Positions 31,593 through 42,526 of a stretch of 64,000 nucleotides of DNA are shown in pieces. Each line of letters opens with the position of its first letter. Position 1 is the first letter of the stretch. This DNA is from an uncultured delta proteobacterium (GTDB lineage: Bacteria > Myxococcota > Myxococcia > Myxococcales > Anaeromyxobacteraceae), in assembly GCA_963766715.1 (NCBI GenBank), contig CAVYBH010000001.1, positions 160,001-224,000 on the forward strand, in the 5' to 3' direction. Below the pieces are notes generated by a model. The model was given only the letters and a program-made list of their open reading frames with translations, searched no databases and was not told the DNA's origin. The translations under genes and the position numbers were made by a program.

Positions 31593-33347
31593 ATGGAGCG
31601 CGAGCAGTCAGAACGTGGAGCGGTGCGAAAGGACCCGGGCGGGCGCCGGGGGATGGCGCTCGTGTACCCGAACGCCTGGCGGCTGGGAATGGCCAACCTG
31701 GGGTTCCACGCCGTCTACCGCCTCGCCAACGCCGAGGCCGACGTCCTCTGCGAGCGGGCCTTCCTGCCCGAGGAGCCGGGGGAGGAGCCCCGGACGGTGG
31801 AGTCCGGCCGGCCGCTCCGGGACTTCGAGGTGGTGGCCTTCTCGCTCTCGTTCGAGGACGACTACGTGAACGTCCTCGACGTCCTGCGGCGCTCCGGGAT
31901 CCCGCTCCGGGCCGCGGACCGCGACGAGCGCTACCCGCTGGTGATGGCCGGGGGGATCGCGGTCCAGATCAACCCCGAGCCGCTGGCCCCCTTCTTCGAC
32001 CTGTTCCTGGTGGGGGAGGGCGAGGAGCTCCTGCCCTCCTTCTTCGCGGCCCTGCGCCGGCTGCCCGCCCGGGAGCCGCGGGCCGGGGCGCTGCGGGCGC
32101 TGGCCCGGATCCCCGGCGCCTACGTCCCGTCGCTCTACGACGTCGAGTACGCCGACACCCGCGCCGGCGCGGGGTGGGTGACCCGCTTCGAGCCCCGGGA
32201 GGGCGCGTCACCGCGGGTGAAGCGGCTCTACGTCCCCGACCTCGGGAAGGTGCCCACCAGCCGGGTGGTCGAGACCCCGGGCGCCCAGTTCGGCGACCTG
32301 TACCTCACCGAGGTGGCGCGGGGCTGCCTGTGGGGCTGCCGCTTCTGCGCGGCCGGCTTCGTGCAGCGCCCCTACCGCGAGGTCGATCTCGAGGTGCTGC
32401 GCGGCGAGGTGAGGAAGGGGATCGAGAAGGGGCTGCGCATCGGGCTCGTCGGCCCGGACACGAGCGACTACACCGGCCTCGACCCGCTCACCTGCTTCAT
32501 CGGCGAGGAGGGGGGCACCTTCAGCCCCTCGTCGCTCCGCGTCGACGCCATCACGCCCGAGCTGGCCGGCCGCATGGCCGCCGGAGGCGAGCGCTCCATC
32601 ACGCTGGCGCCCGAGGCCGGGACCGACCGGATGCGCAAGGTCGTGAACAAGGACTTCTCCGACGACCGGATCGTCGAGGCGGCCGGGAACGCGCTCTCGC
32701 AGGGCATGCGCCACGTGAAGCTCTACTTCATGTGCGGCCTGCCCACCGAGACCGACGAGGACGTGCTGGGCATGGCGCACGTCGCGCTCCGCATCCGCGA
32801 CGAGGTGATGAAGCCGAAGGCCAAGGCCACCGGGCGCATGGGGCGCATCACGCTCTCGGTGAACCCCTTCGTGCCCAAGCCCTGGACCCCGTTCCAGTGG
32901 GCGCCCATGCACGACGCCGGCTGCCTGGCCAAGAAGCGCCGCCTGCTGGAGAAGGCGCTGCGCCCCCACGGCATCGAGGTCGAGTTCTTCAGCCCGCGCG
33001 AGGGCTACGTGCAGACGCTGCTCTCCCGCGGCGACCGGCGCGTCGCCGACCTGCTCGAGCTGGCGCTCCTCGAGACCGGCGGCAGCGTGCAGCGCGCGCT
33101 CGCCCGCTGGCCGCACGACCCGGAGTTCTTCGTCACCCGCGAGGTGGGCGTCGACGAGTGGCTCCCCTGGGACTTCATCGACCACGGGCTCGAGAAGGCC
33201 TTCCTGGCCCGCGAGTACCGGCGCGGCGTCGGGGCCCGCATCACGCCCAAGTGCGCGCTCGCCACCTGCCGGGCCTGCGGCCTCGACTGCGCCGACCACC
33301 CCGAGCTCCGCCTCCCGCAGCCCGCGGTCGGGGTGCCCGTCCCGTGA
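31593..33347 (+). CDS. Radical SAM protein with B12-binding-like N-terminal domain
   Basis: ALVYPNAWRLGMANLG, LVGEGEE, EVARGCLWGCRFC (CxxxCxxC), TLAPEAG, KLYFMCGLP, FVPKPWTPFQW. Confidence 0.85.
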   Translation: MEREQSERGAVRKDPGGRRGMALVYPNAWRLGMANLGFHAVYRLANAEADVLCERAFLPEEPGEEPRTVESGRPLRDFEVVAFSLSFEDDYVNVLDVLRRSGIPLRAADRDERYPLVMAGGIAVQINPEPLAPFFDLFLVGEGEELLPSFFAALRRLPAREPRAGALRALARIPGAYVPSLYDVEYADTRAGAGWVTRFEPREGASPRVKRLYVPDLGKVPTSRVVETPGAQFGDLYLTEVARGCLWGCRFCAAGFVQRPYREVDLEVLRGEVRKGIEKGLRIGLVGPDTSDYTGLDPLTCFIGEEGGTFSPSSLRVDAITPELAGRMAAGGERSITLAPEAGTDRMRKVVNKDFSDDRIVEAAGNALSQGMRHVKLYFMCGLPTETDEDVLGMAHVALRIRDEVMKPKAKATGRMGRITLSVNPFVPKPWTPFQWAPMHDAGCLAKKRRLLEKALRPHGIEVEFFSPREGYVQTLLSRGDRRVADLLELALLETGGSVQRALARWPHDPEFFVTREVGVDEWLPWDFIDHGLEKAFLAREYRRGVGARITPKCALATCRACGLDCADHPELRLPQPAVGVPVP

Positions 33348-33862
33348 GCCTCCCCTTCGAGGACGCCATGCGCGAGGCCATGCGGCTCGCCGGCGAGGCC
33401 GCCGCCGCCGGCGAGGTCCCGGTGGGCGCGGTGGCGGTGCACGACGGCGTCGTGGTCGGCCGCGGCCGCAACCGGCGCGAGGAGGACCGCGATCCCTGCG
33501 CCCACGCCGAGCTGCTGGCGCTCCAGGAGGCCTCGCGCACGCTGGGGCGCTGGAGGCTCACCGGGGTGACGCTGGTCGTGACCCTCGAGCCCTGCGCCAT
33601 GTGCGCCGGCGCCCTCGTGCTGGCCCGGATCGACCGGCTGGTCTACGGGGCGTCTGACCCGAAAGCGGGAGCGGTGGGCTCCCTCATGGACCTCTCCTGC
33701 GACCCCCGCCTCAACCACCGCTTCCCGGTCGAGCGGGGCCTTCTCGGCGAGGCCTGCGGGGAGCAGCTGCGGGCCTTCTTCCGGTCCAGACGGGCAACTT
33801 CCGGTGCCTCCGGGGAGATTTCCGCATCCACCGTGCTTGGCTCCGGGGGGGAAATCGGTTAA
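33344..33862 (+). CDS. tadA: tRNA adenosine(34) deaminase
   Basis: GEVPVGAV, AHAE, TLEPCAMC, DPKAGAVGS, LNHR. Confidence 0.93.
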   Translation: MSLPFEDAMREAMRLAGEAAAAGEVPVGAVAVHDGVVVGRGRNRREEDRDPCAHAELLALQEASRTLGRWRLTGVTLVVTLEPCAMCAGALVLARIDRLVYGASDPKAGAVGSLMDLSCDPRLNHRFPVERGLLGEACGEQLRAFFRSRRATSGASGEISASTVLGSGGEIG

Positions 33863-33872
33863 ATCCGCCCGC

Positions 33873-33960
33873 GGAGAGCTGGCCGAGCTGGTCGAAGGCG
33901 CCTGACTCGAAATCAGGTGTACGGGCAACCGTACCGTGGGTTCGAATCCCACGCTCTCCG
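33873..33960 (+). tRNA. tRNA-Ser(CGA)
   Basis: Acceptor GGAGAGC/GCTCTCC, anticodon arm CCTGA-CTCGAAA-TCAGG, long variable arm, TTCGAATC T loop. Confidence 0.95.
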
Positions 33961-33982
33961 CATCGTTTCGCTGTTATCGATT

Positions 33983-34075
33983 GGAGAGGTGACCGAGCGG
34001 CCGAAGGTGAACGACTGGAAATCGTTTGTCCGCCCAAAAGGTGGACCGTGGGTTCAAATCCCACCCTCTCCGCCA
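33983..34075 (+). tRNA. tRNA-Ser(GGA)
   Basis: Acceptor GGAGAGG/CCTCTCC, anticodon arm AACGA-CTGGAAA-TCGTT, long variable arm, encoded CCA. Confidence 0.95.
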
Positions 34076-34082
34076 GTCGACA

Positions 34083-34193
34083 GGAGCCGGTCCAGAATCC
34101 TCGGGCGACGTGGGTGCAGTCGAACCCCGCCAGGCCCGGAAGGGAGCAACGGTAGGCTGTCCTCCGTGCGCCCGGGGATTGTGGACCGGCTCC
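34083..34193 (+). ncRNA. ffs: Signal recognition particle RNA (4.5S)
   Basis: Domain IV motif CAGGCCCGGAAGGGAGCAAC in a long hairpin closed by GGAGCCGGTCCA/TGGACCGGCTCC, T8 run after; canonical position before dnaX. Confidence 0.93.
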
Positions 34194-34213
34194 GTTTTTT
34201 TTCGAGGTGAACC

Positions 34214-35987
34214 ATGGGCTACCTCGTCCTCGCCCGGAAGTACCGGCCGCAGACCTTCGGCGAGATGTCGGGCCAGGAGCACGTGGTCCGCACGCTGTCG
34301 AACGCGCTCGCGCGCGGGCGGCTCGCCCACGCCTTCCTCTTCACCGGTCCCCGCGGCGTGGGGAAGACCACCGCGGCCCGGCTCGTCGCCAAGGCCGTGA
34401 ACTGCGAGAAGGGGCCGACCGCCACGCCCTGCGGCACCTGCGTGGCCTGCGTCGAGATCACCGAGGGGCGCTCCGTCGACGTCATCGAGATCGACGCGGC
34501 CTCCAACAACGGCGTCGACAACGTCCGCGACATCGTCGAGGGGGTGAAGTACCGGCCCGCCCGCGACCCGTACAAGGTCTTCGTGGTGGACGAGGTCCAC
34601 ATGCTCTCCACCGGGGCGTTCAACGCCCTGCTGAAGACGCTCGAGGAGCCGCCCGACCACGTGCTCTTCGTGCTCGCCACCACCGACGTCCACAAGGTGC
34701 CGGAGACCATCGTCTCCCGCTGCCAGCGCTTCGACTTCCGGCGCCTCGACCTGCGCCAGATCGTCGACCAGCTCCGCAAGGTGGCCACGGCGGAGGGGAT
34801 GAAGCTCTCCGACGCCTCGCTCGCGCTGGTGGCCCGCGCCGCCGAGGGCGGCATGCGCGACGCCCTCTCGCTCCTCGACCGGGTGCGCGCCGCCTGCGGC
34901 GACGAGCCGGGCGAGGAGGCCGTGGCCGAGGCGCTCGGCGTGGTCGACGCGGCCGCGGTGGCGCGCATCGCCTCCGCCATGGTCCAGCGGGACGGCGCCT
35001 CCCTGCTCGCCGAGGTGGCCGCGCTCCACGAGCGGGGGCTGGAGATGCGCCGCGTCGCCGAGGAGCTGGTGCGCTTCCTGCGCGACGTCACGGTGACCCG
35101 GCTCGCGCCGGGCGTCCCCCTCGACCTGCCCGAGGCCGAGCGGCGCGACGTCGAGGCGCTGGCGGGCGCGGCCGATCCGGCCCAGCTCGCGCGCCTCTTC
35201 GACCTGGTCCAGCGGGCGGTGACCGAGGTGAAGCTCGCCGACCAGCCCCGCTACGCGCTGGAGATCGCGCTCCTGAAGGGCGCGGTGCTCGCCCCCGGGG
35301 CCGACGTGTCCGCGCTGCTCGCCCGGGCCGAGGCGCTCGCCGGCGGGCGCCCCCTGCCGGCGCCGGCGCCGCGCGCGTCGCCCCCGTCGCCCGCCCCGTC
35401 CCCGCCTGCCGCCCGCCCGGCCGCGGCTCCCCGTCCCGCCGCTCCGGTCCCTGCCGTCGCGTCGCCCGGCGCCCTCGCCGCCCGCCGCGCCAAGGGCCGC
35501 CGCCGCACCTCCCCGGCCGCTCCCCCGCCTCCCGCCGCCCCCGCGCCGTCGGCGGCGAGCGACGACTCCCAGCCGCTCGCCGATCGCTGGCGCGCCGCGG
35601 TCGCCGCGGTCGAGGCCGGGAGCCCGACGCTCGGGGCGGCGCTCAAGCAGGCCTCGCTCGTCTCCTTCGGGCCGCCCGAGGTCCGCATCCGCTTCGCGGC
35701 CGGGACCAAGTATCCGGAGATGGTGGAGCGCAAGCGGGCGGCGGTCGAGAAGGCCTTCTCCGGCCCTGCTCGGGCGCCCCGCGAAGCTCGCCATCGAGGT
35801 GGGGCCGGCCGCGCCCGCGTCTCCGGCCGCCGAGGCCAGCGCCCCGGTCGCCCCCATCGCGTCGGTGGAGCGGGCCGAGCGGGAGGCCCGCTCGGCGAGG
35901 CTGCGCGAAGAGGCCCGGAGCCACCCCAACATCCAGGAAGCGGCGAAGCTGCTGGGCGCCGAGATCGACGGAACCGACGAGCTGTAG
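34214..35987 (+). CDS. dnaX: DNA polymerase III subunit gamma/tau (frameshift near 35765)
   Basis: [51 protein letters not shown]. Confidence 0.95.
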
Positions 35988-36009
35988 GGCCAAGGGCCCG
36001 GGAGCATCC

Positions 36010-36321
36010 ATGGACATCCAGTTCCTCATGCGGCAGGCGAAGAAGATCGAGAAGGCCGTCGAGCAGGCGAAGGAGAAGCTCTCCGAGCTCGAGGTCGACG
36101 CCGAGTCCGGCGGCGGCCTCGTCCAGGTGAAGATGAACGGGCGCTTCGAGGTCCGTCGCATCACCATCGACCCGAAGGCCATGGACCCCGCCGACAAGGG
36201 CATGCTCGAGGACCTGGTGGCGGCCGCCGTCAACGCCGCCATGGAGAAGGCCCGCGTCCTCTCCGACGAGACCATGGAGAAGGCCACCGGCGGGCTGCGC
36301 ATCCCCGGCCTGGGGACCTGA
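36010..36321 (+). CDS. ybaB: YbaB/EbfC nucleoid-associated protein
   Basis: [13 protein letters not shown]...[11 protein letters not shown]; dnaX-ybaB-recR synteny. Confidence 0.92.
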   Translation: MDIQFLMRQAKKIEKAVEQAKEKLSELEVDAESGGGLVQVKMNGRFEVRRITIDPKAMDPADKGMLEDLVAAAVNAAMEKARVLSDETMEKATGGLRIPGLGT

Positions 36322-36328
36322 TCCGCGC

Positions 36329-36926
36329 ATGTCCGTCGCCGATCCCATCGCACGGCTGGTGAAGGAGCTGGCCCGGCTGCCGGGCATCGGCGAGAAGACC
36401 GCCCAGCGGCTGGCCTTCCACGTGCTCGACGCCGGCCCGGCCTACGCCGAGGCGCTGGCGTCGGCGCTCGTGGCCGTGGTCCGCGACGTGCGCTGCTGCT
36501 CGGTGTGCCAGACCCTCACCGAGCACGACCCCTGCGGCATCTGCTCCGACGTCGCGGCGCGACGCCCGCCTCCTCTGCGTGGTGGAGGGCGTGCCCGACC
36601 TCGTGGCCATCGAGCGCACCCACGAGTTCCGCGGCCGCTACCACGTGCTCCACGGCGCGCTCTCGCCGCTCGACGGCGTGGGGCCGTCCGACCTCAAGAT
36701 CCGCGAGCTGCTGGCGCGCCTCTCGACCGAGCCGGCCGAGGAGGTCCTCATCGCCACCAACCCCGACGTCGAGGGGGAGGCCACCGCCCTCTACCTGGCG
36801 CGCCTCCTGAAGCCCACGGGGGTGAAGGTGAGTCGCATCGCACAGGGTGTGCCCATGGGCGGCGATCTCGAGTACGCCGACCAGGTCACCCTGGCGCGCG
36901 CCATCTCCGGAAGGCGCGAGCTCTGA
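36329..36926 (+). CDS. recR: Recombination mediator RecR (frameshift near 36560)
   Basis: [18 protein letters not shown]...[28 protein letters not shown]. Confidence 0.95.
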
Positions 36927-37011
36927 GCGGCGATATCGCGGCGCAGGATTGATCGGCCCGGGATTCCCTGGTATCGCCGGAGAGACCGTCACTCGACGCG
37001 TCGGAGAGGGC

Positions 37012-37491
37012 ATGAACCCGGGCCTGGTACTTTACGAGGAGGAGTTCCGGAAGATCTCCGGGATCTGCGACCGCCTGACGCGCGACGCCAGCGCGAAGGT
37101 GGTGTTCCTCGTCGACAAGAACGGGCAGCTCATCGCCTCGGCCGGGCAGTCCCAGCACCTCGACACCACCTCGCTCGCCTCGCTCACCGCCGGCAACGTG
37201 GCCGCCATGGGCGGTCTCGCCAAGCTCATCGGCGAGAAGGAGTTCCCCAGCCAGTTCCACGAGGGCGAGCACGAGTCCCTGCACATGTCCATCGTGGGCG
37301 GCCGGGTCGTCCTGGTCGTCGTCTTCGACGCCCGCAGCTCGCTCGGGCTCGTTCGCCTGCGCGTGAAGAAGGCCAGCGAGGAGCTGGCCCGGGTCTTCGA
37401 GCAGCTCTCGCGGCGGCAGTCCGCACCCGGCGCGCAGAGCCCGTTCGCCGAGATCACCGACGACGACATCGACAACCTGTTCAGCGCCTAG
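37012..37491 (+). CDS. mglB: MglB roadblock/LC7 GAP
   Basis: AKVVFLVDKNGQLIA...LASLTAGNVAA...SSLGLVRLRV...ITDDDIDNLF. Confidence 0.93.
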   Translation: MNPGLVLYEEEFRKISGICDRLTRDASAKVVFLVDKNGQLIASAGQSQHLDTTSLASLTAGNVAAMGGLAKLIGEKEFPSQFHEGEHESLHMSIVGGRVVLVVVFDARSSLGLVRLRVKKASEELARVFEQLSRRQSAPGAQSPFAEITDDDIDNLFSA

Positions 37492-37494
37492 CCC

Positions 37495-38082
37495 ATGAGC
37501 TTCATCAACTACAGCTCGCGGGAGATCAACTGCAAGATCGTCTATTACGGTCCCGGGCTCTGCGGGAAGACCACCAACCTCCAGTACGTCTACGCGCGCA
37601 CCTCGCCCGAGGCCAAGGGCAAGATGATCAGCCTGGCCACCGAGACCGAGCGCACGCTCTTCTTCGACTTCCTCCCGCTCTCCCTCGGCGAGATCCGCGG
37701 ATTCAAGACCCGCTTCCACCTCTACACGGTGCCCGGCCAGGTCTTCTACGACGCCTCGCGCAAGCTCATCCTCAAGGGGGTCGACGGCGTGGTCTTCGTC
37801 GCCGACAGCCAGATCGAGCGCATGGAGGCCAACCTCGAGTCGGTCGAGAACCTCCGGGTGAACCTGGCCGAGCAGGGCTACGACCTGAACCGCCTCCCCT
37901 ACGTCGTGCAGTACAACAAGCGCGACCTGCCCAACGTCGCCACCGTCGACGAGCTGCACCGGCTGCTCAACCCGCGCGCCGTGCCCGAGTTCCAGGCGGT
38001 GGCCCCGACCGGCGTGGGGGTCTTCGACACCCTCAAGTCGGTGGCGAAGCTGGTCCTCACCGAGCTGAAGCGCGGAGCCTGA
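37495..38082 (+). CDS. mglA: MglA Ras-like GTPase
   Basis: [38 protein letters not shown]. Confidence 0.97.
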   Translation: MSFINYSSREINCKIVYYGPGLCGKTTNLQYVYARTSPEAKGKMISLATETERTLFFDFLPLSLGEIRGFKTRFHLYTVPGQVFYDASRKLILKGVDGVVFVADSQIERMEANLESVENLRVNLAEQGYDLNRLPYVVQYNKRDLPNVATVDELHRLLNPRAVPEFQAVAPTGVGVFDTLKSVAKLVLTELKRGA

Positions 38083-38134
38083 GCGGGGACCGCAGCCCCA
38101 CCCCCTCCAGGGACCCAGGAGGGGCCTGAAGTGC

Positions 38135-38163
38135 TTGCCCTGCGGCGCGTCTAGAGGTAGGAC
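38135..38163 (+). promoter_or_regulatory. Possible sigma70-type promoter of the TPR gene
   Basis: TTGCCC-N17-TAGGAC, upstream of AGGAG RBS and ATG at 38217. Confidence 0.3.
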
Positions 38164-38216
38164 CGCACCGCCCGCCCAAAGGCGCCCGAGCGCCGTCGAC
38201 AGGAGAGACTGACCCC

Positions 38217-39866
38217 ATGAACCTTCGCGTCCTCGCACTCGCGGCCCTCACGGCGCTCGCGCCCGCAGCGTCCCTGGCGCAGGATCTGAGCCTCACCCTC
38301 GCCCAGGCCGACTACCGGGAGCCGCTCTCGCCGCCGGAGGCTCTCGACAACCCGAGCCGGCCCGACGCGACCGAGCTCGCGCTGCTCAAGGACGCCTACA
38401 TCCACATCGACCGGGCCGGGCGCGACCGCCAGTCGGGCAACCCCGACGCGGCCGCCGCCGAGGACAAGGTCGCCGCCGAGAACCTGGTGCGGTTCGTGAA
38501 CAAGTACACGAACCACCGGCTGCACATCGTCTTCCTGCGCATGGCGGCCGTCCGCTTCCTGAACTCGAAGGAGTGGCAGGCCGCCGCCGAGGCCGCCAGC
38601 CGCATGGTCCAGGACCCCAAGGCCACCGCGCTCACCAAGGCCGTGGGCGCGCGCTACGCCTCCGGCGCCTGGCAGATGCTCGCCGTGCAGGAGATGAAGG
38701 CCGGCAAGATCCCGCAGCTCAAGCTCCAGCCTTCCACCGCCCGCGGCGGCGTGGCGCCCACGCCCCGCTCGCCCGACCTGCCGTGGAAGATGTTCGTCGA
38801 GAACGCCGACATCTACGCCGCCAACGCCGACGCCGACCCGGCCAACAAGCTCGACTCCGACGGGAAGAAGGCGGCCGGCGGCGCCGACGCGGGCATGCTC
38901 GAGCTCATCGCCGCCCAGGTCGAGTTCGGCTACGACAACATCGAGGACGCCCAGCGCCGCTTCGGCAAGCTCATCGAGAAGTACCCCTCCCGCGCCGACA
39001 TCCTCGAGACCGCGGTCCCCTACTACCTCGACAGCTTCAAGATCCTGAAGAACACCCAGGGGCTCGAGGCGGCCCTCGCCAAGGTCGAGCCGGGCGTCGC
39101 CGCCGCCGCGAAGCAGGCCGCCGAGCAGGCCGCCGCTCCGGGCGCCAGCGAGGAGGCGAAGAAGTCCTCGGCCACGCTGACCCGGCTCGCCACGGAGCTC
39201 CGCGACGCCTCCCGGGCGAGCGACTACGCCACCGCCGCGGCCCTCATGCAGAAGGGCGACGCCGCCCCCCGGGACGGCAAGACGGCGCCCCCCGAGTTCG
39301 CCCAGGCCGGCGCGCTCTTCGAGAAGTACGCGAACGAGAACAAGGCCAGCCCCGACGCCCCCAACGCCCTCTTCAACGCCGGCATCGCCTACGACAAGGC
39401 CAAGGAGCCGAAGAAGGCCGTGGCCGTCCGCGAGGCCCTGCTGGCGAGCTACCCCGACGCCAAGGTGACGCAGCAGACCACCGTGATCCTGGGCGGCACG
39501 CTGGCCGCGTCGCGCGAGTACCCGGCCTCGGCCAAGTACAACCAGCAGTACCTGACCCGCTGGCCCGACGGGCCGCAGCGCTGCACCGCCCTCCAGAACC
39601 TGGGCGTGGCCCAGCAGGAGCTGAAGAAGCCGGCCGACGCGGCCGACAGCTACCTGCGCTTCGCCGCCGACCCCACCTGCGCCGGCGAGGATCCGAACGC
39701 CACGGCCCGCATCCTCTACTCGGCCGCCAAGATGCAGGCCGACGCGAAGAAGCCGGCCGAGGCCAAGAAGGCCCTGCAGCAGCTGGTCGCGCTGAAGGGG
39801 GTCACCGACGTGGTGGCCAAGTCGTACCAGACCGACGCCAAGGAGCGGCTCGCCAAGATGAAGTAG
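38217..39866 (+). CDS. Exported all-helical TPR-repeat protein
   Basis: Signal peptide [21 protein letters not shown]; repeats such as [33 protein letters not shown]. Confidence 0.75.
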   Translation: MNLRVLALAALTALAPAASLAQDLSLTLAQADYREPLSPPEALDNPSRPDATELALLKDAYIHIDRAGRDRQSGNPDAAAAEDKVAAENLVRFVNKYTNHRLHIVFLRMAAVRFLNSKEWQAAAEAASRMVQDPKATALTKAVGARYASGAWQMLAVQEMKAGKIPQLKLQPSTARGGVAPTPRSPDLPWKMFVENADIYAANADADPANKLDSDGKKAAGGADAGMLELIAAQVEFGYDNIEDAQRRFGKLIEKYPSRADILETAVPYYLDSFKILKNTQGLEAALAKVEPGVAAAAKQAAEQAAAPGASEEAKKSSATLTRLATELRDASRASDYATAAALMQKGDAAPRDGKTAPPEFAQAGALFEKYANENKASPDAPNALFNAGIAYDKAKEPKKAVAVREALLASYPDAKVTQQTTVILGGTLAASREYPASAKYNQQYLTRWPDGPQRCTALQNLGVAQQELKKPADAADSYLRFAADPTCAGEDPNATARILYSAAKMQADAKKPAEAKKALQQLVALKGVTDVVAKSYQTDAKERLAKMK

Positions 39867-39948
39867 CGAGGACCGGGGGCGAGCCGCGCCGGTCCGCGCG
39901 TCGTCCCCGCCTCGAGCCGCCCTCCAGTCCGGAAGCACCCCCGGCCGC

Positions 39949-39963
39949 GGCACGAGCCCTGCT
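39949..39963 (+). promoter_or_regulatory. Putative sigma54 (-24/-12) promoter of comM-recA
   Basis: GGCACGAGCCCTGCT = GG-N10-GC with GGCACG and TGCT boxes; overlaps the inverted repeat CACGAGC/GCTCGTG. Confidence 0.5.
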
Positions 39964-39977
39964 CGTGTTCGCGGCCG

Positions 39978-41495
39978 ATGCTCGTCCGCGTCCGCTCCTC
40001 CTCCGTCCTCGGCGTCTCGGCCATTCCCGTCGACGTCGAGGTCGACGTGGCGGGGGGCATGCCCCGCTTCGTGCTGGTGGGGCTGGCCGGCGGCGCCGTC
40101 CAGGAGTCGGTGGTCCGGGTGGCGGCGGCGGTGCGCAACCTCGGGTTCAAGCTCCCGTCCAAGCGGGTGACGGTGAACCTGGCGCCGGCCGACCTCCGCA
40201 AGGAGGGGACCGCCTTCGACCTGCCCATCGCGGCCGCCCTCCTCGGCGCCTGCGGCCTCGTGCCGGCGGCGTCGCTCGCCGGGCTGCACCTGGCCGGCGA
40301 GCTCTCGCTCTCGGGGGAGGTGAAGGCCACCCGCGGCGTGCTCCCCATGGCCATCGCGGCGCGCCGCTCGGGGGCTCGCGCCTTCCTGGTGCCGGTCCCC
40401 AACGCGCTGGAGGCCGCCGCGGTCGAGGGGCTCTGCGTCCAGCCGGTCCGCCACCTGGGGCAGCTCGCGGCCTGGGCCCACGGGCAGGAGCCGCTCGACC
40501 CGCTTCCCCCCGGGGACCGCCCGCTCGCCCTCACCGGGGGCGCGCTCGACCTGCGCGACGTGGCCGGGCAGGAGGGAGCCAAGCGCGCCCTCGAGATCGC
40601 GGCGGCCGGCGACCACAACCTGCTCCTCTTCGGCCCGCCGGGAAGCGGCAAGACCATGCTGGCCCGCAGGCTGGGCGGGCTGCTCCCTCCGCTCGACCTC
40701 GACGAGGCGCTCGAGGCCACCTCGGTCCACAGCGTGGCGGGGCTCCTGCGCGACCGGGGGCTGCTCGGGGAGCGGCCGTTCCGGGCGCCCCACCACTCCA
40801 TCTCCGACGCGGGGCTGGTGGGCGGCTCGGCCAGCCCGCGCCCGGGCGAGGTGTCGCTCGCCCACCGCGGGGTCCTCTTCCTCGACGAGCTGCCCGAGTT
40901 CCGGCGCCACGTCCTCGAGTCGCTCCGCCAGCCGCTGGAGGACGGCGACGTCATCCTCTCCCGCGCCGGGCACACCGTCCGCTACCCGGCCGAGTTCCAG
41001 CTGGTGGCGGCCATGAACCCGTGCCCCTGCGGCTTCCTGGGCGACGCCCGCCGGGCCTGCCTGTGCGGCGACGAGCAGCTCCTCCGCTACCGGCGGCGGG
41101 TCTCCGGCCCGCTCCTCGACCGCATCGACCTCCACGTCGACGTGCCCGCCGTGCCCTGCGACCGGCTGCAGGGAGCGGGCGCGGGAGAGGGCACGGCCGA
41201 GGTGTCCTTGCGGGTCCGGGCCGCCCGGGAGCGGCAGCGGGCCCGGGGGGCGCAGAACGCGCGGCTGCGCGGCGGGGCGCTCCGGCGCCACTGCGCGCTC
41301 GACGCCGCCGCCCGGGAGGTCCTCTCGCGGGCCGCACAGCGGCTCGGCCTGTCGGCCCGGGCACACGATCGAATTCTCAGGGTGGCGCGAACCATCGCCG
41401 ACCTCGAGGGCGCGGCGCGCGTGGACGCGCGCCACCTGCTGGAAGCCGTGCAGTACCGCGCCCTCGATCGGCCGGCTTCAACGGAGGCAACGTGA
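39978..41495 (+). CDS. comM: ComM/YifB Mg-chelatase-like AAA+ ATPase
   Basis: [61 protein letters not shown]. Confidence 0.93.
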   Translation: MLVRVRSSSVLGVSAIPVDVEVDVAGGMPRFVLVGLAGGAVQESVVRVAAAVRNLGFKLPSKRVTVNLAPADLRKEGTAFDLPIAAALLGACGLVPAASLAGLHLAGELSLSGEVKATRGVLPMAIAARRSGARAFLVPVPNALEAAAVEGLCVQPVRHLGQLAAWAHGQEPLDPLPPGDRPLALTGGALDLRDVAGQEGAKRALEIAAAGDHNLLLFGPPGSGKTMLARRLGGLLPPLDLDEALEATSVHSVAGLLRDRGLLGERPFRAPHHSISDAGLVGGSASPRPGEVSLAHRGVLFLDELPEFRRHVLESLRQPLEDGDVILSRAGHTVRYPAEFQLVAAMNPCPCGFLGDARRACLCGDEQLLRYRRRVSGPLLDRIDLHVDVPAVPCDRLQGAGAGEGTAEVSLRVRAARERQRARGAQNARLRGGALRRHCALDAAAREVLSRAAQRLGLSARAHDRILRVARTIADLEGAARVDARHLLEAVQYRALDRPASTEAT

Positions 41496-42511
41496 GCAAG
41501 CTCGTGGAGAAGATGAAGGCGCTCGCCCAGGCGGTGGGCGCCATCGAGAAGCAGTTCGGCAAGGGCAGCATCATGCGGCTGGGAGAGGAGGGAGAGGCGC
41601 CGCCCGTGCCGGTCATCCCGTCGGGGTCCATCGGCCTCGACGTCGCCCTCGGCGTGGGAGGCTACCCGCGCGGCCGGGTGATCGAGATCTTCGGTCCCGA
41701 GTCGTCGGGGAAGACCACGCTGGCGCTCCACGCCATCGCCGAGGCCCAGAAGGCCGGCGGGGTGGCCGCCTTCATCGACGCCGAGCACGCACTCGACGTG
41801 AACTACGCCCGGAAGCTGGGGGTGAACGTCGGCGAGCTGCTCGTGTCGCAGCCCGACACCGGCGAGCAGGCGCTCGAGATCGCCGAGCAGCTGGTGCGCA
41901 GCGGGGCCTGCGACATCCTGGTCGTCGACAGCGTGGCGGCGCTCGTCCCCAGGGCGGAGATCGAGGGGGAGATGGGAGACGCGCACATGGGCGTGCAGGC
42001 GCGCCTCATGAGCCAGGCCATGCGAAAGCTCACCTCGGTGGTCTCCCGCAACCTCTCCACGGTGGTCTTCATCAACCAGATCCGGATGAAGATCGGCGTG
42101 GTCTTCGGCAACCCCGAGACCACCACCGGCGGCCAGGCCCTCAAGTTCTACGCCTCCATCCGGCTCGACATCCGGCGCATCGGCCAGGTGAAGGACGGGG
42201 AGCAGGTGGTGGGGAGCCGCACCCGGGTGAAGGTGGTGAAGAACAAGGTCGCCCCGCCGTTTCGCGAGGCCGAGTTCGACGTCCGCTACGGCGTGGGGGT
42301 GGACCGGCTCGCCGAGGCCCTCGACCTGGGCGTGGAGCGCGGCATCGTCGAGAAGTCGGGGGCCTACTTCTCGCTCGACGGGGAGCGGATCGGGCAGGGG
42401 AGGGAGCGGGCCGGCGAGTGGCTCCGGGAGCACCCGGCGGCGCTCGACTCGCTCGTGGCCCGCATCGGCGGCGCCCACGCGCCACCGGCGGCCATCGCCG
42501 CGGCCTCCTGA
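41492..42511 (+). CDS. recA: Recombinase RecA
   Basis: [55 protein letters not shown] overlaps the comM stop. Confidence 0.97.
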   Translation: MSKLVEKMKALAQAVGAIEKQFGKGSIMRLGEEGEAPPVPVIPSGSIGLDVALGVGGYPRGRVIEIFGPESSGKTTLALHAIAEAQKAGGVAAFIDAEHALDVNYARKLGVNVGELLVSQPDTGEQALEIAEQLVRSGACDILVVDSVAALVPRAEIEGEMGDAHMGVQARLMSQAMRKLTSVVSRNLSTVVFINQIRMKIGVVFGNPETTTGGQALKFYASIRLDIRRIGQVKDGEQVVGSRTRVKVVKNKVAPPFREAEFDVRYGVGVDRLAEALDLGVERGIVEKSGAYFSLDGERIGQGRERAGEWLREHPAALDSLVARIGGAHAPPAAIAAAS

Positions 42512-42526
42512 GGCCCGGCGGGGACC

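Noticed and set aside
33955..33965. tRNA-Ser(CGA) ends in G-CA rather than G-CCA
   Set aside because: Either CCA is added post-transcriptionally or one C was lost by sequencing error; not informative
33873..34200. tRNAs as integration sites of an island
   Set aside because: No integrase and no duplicated tRNA 3' end noticed; flanks are core genes
35700..35830. dnaX frame change as a programmed gamma/tau frameshift
   Set aside because: No A-rich slippery heptamer or A-run; indistinguishable from the many other indels
36929..36942. CGATATCGCGG shared with the terminator region near 4060
   Set aside because: Short, two occurrences in unrelated contexts; plausible by chance
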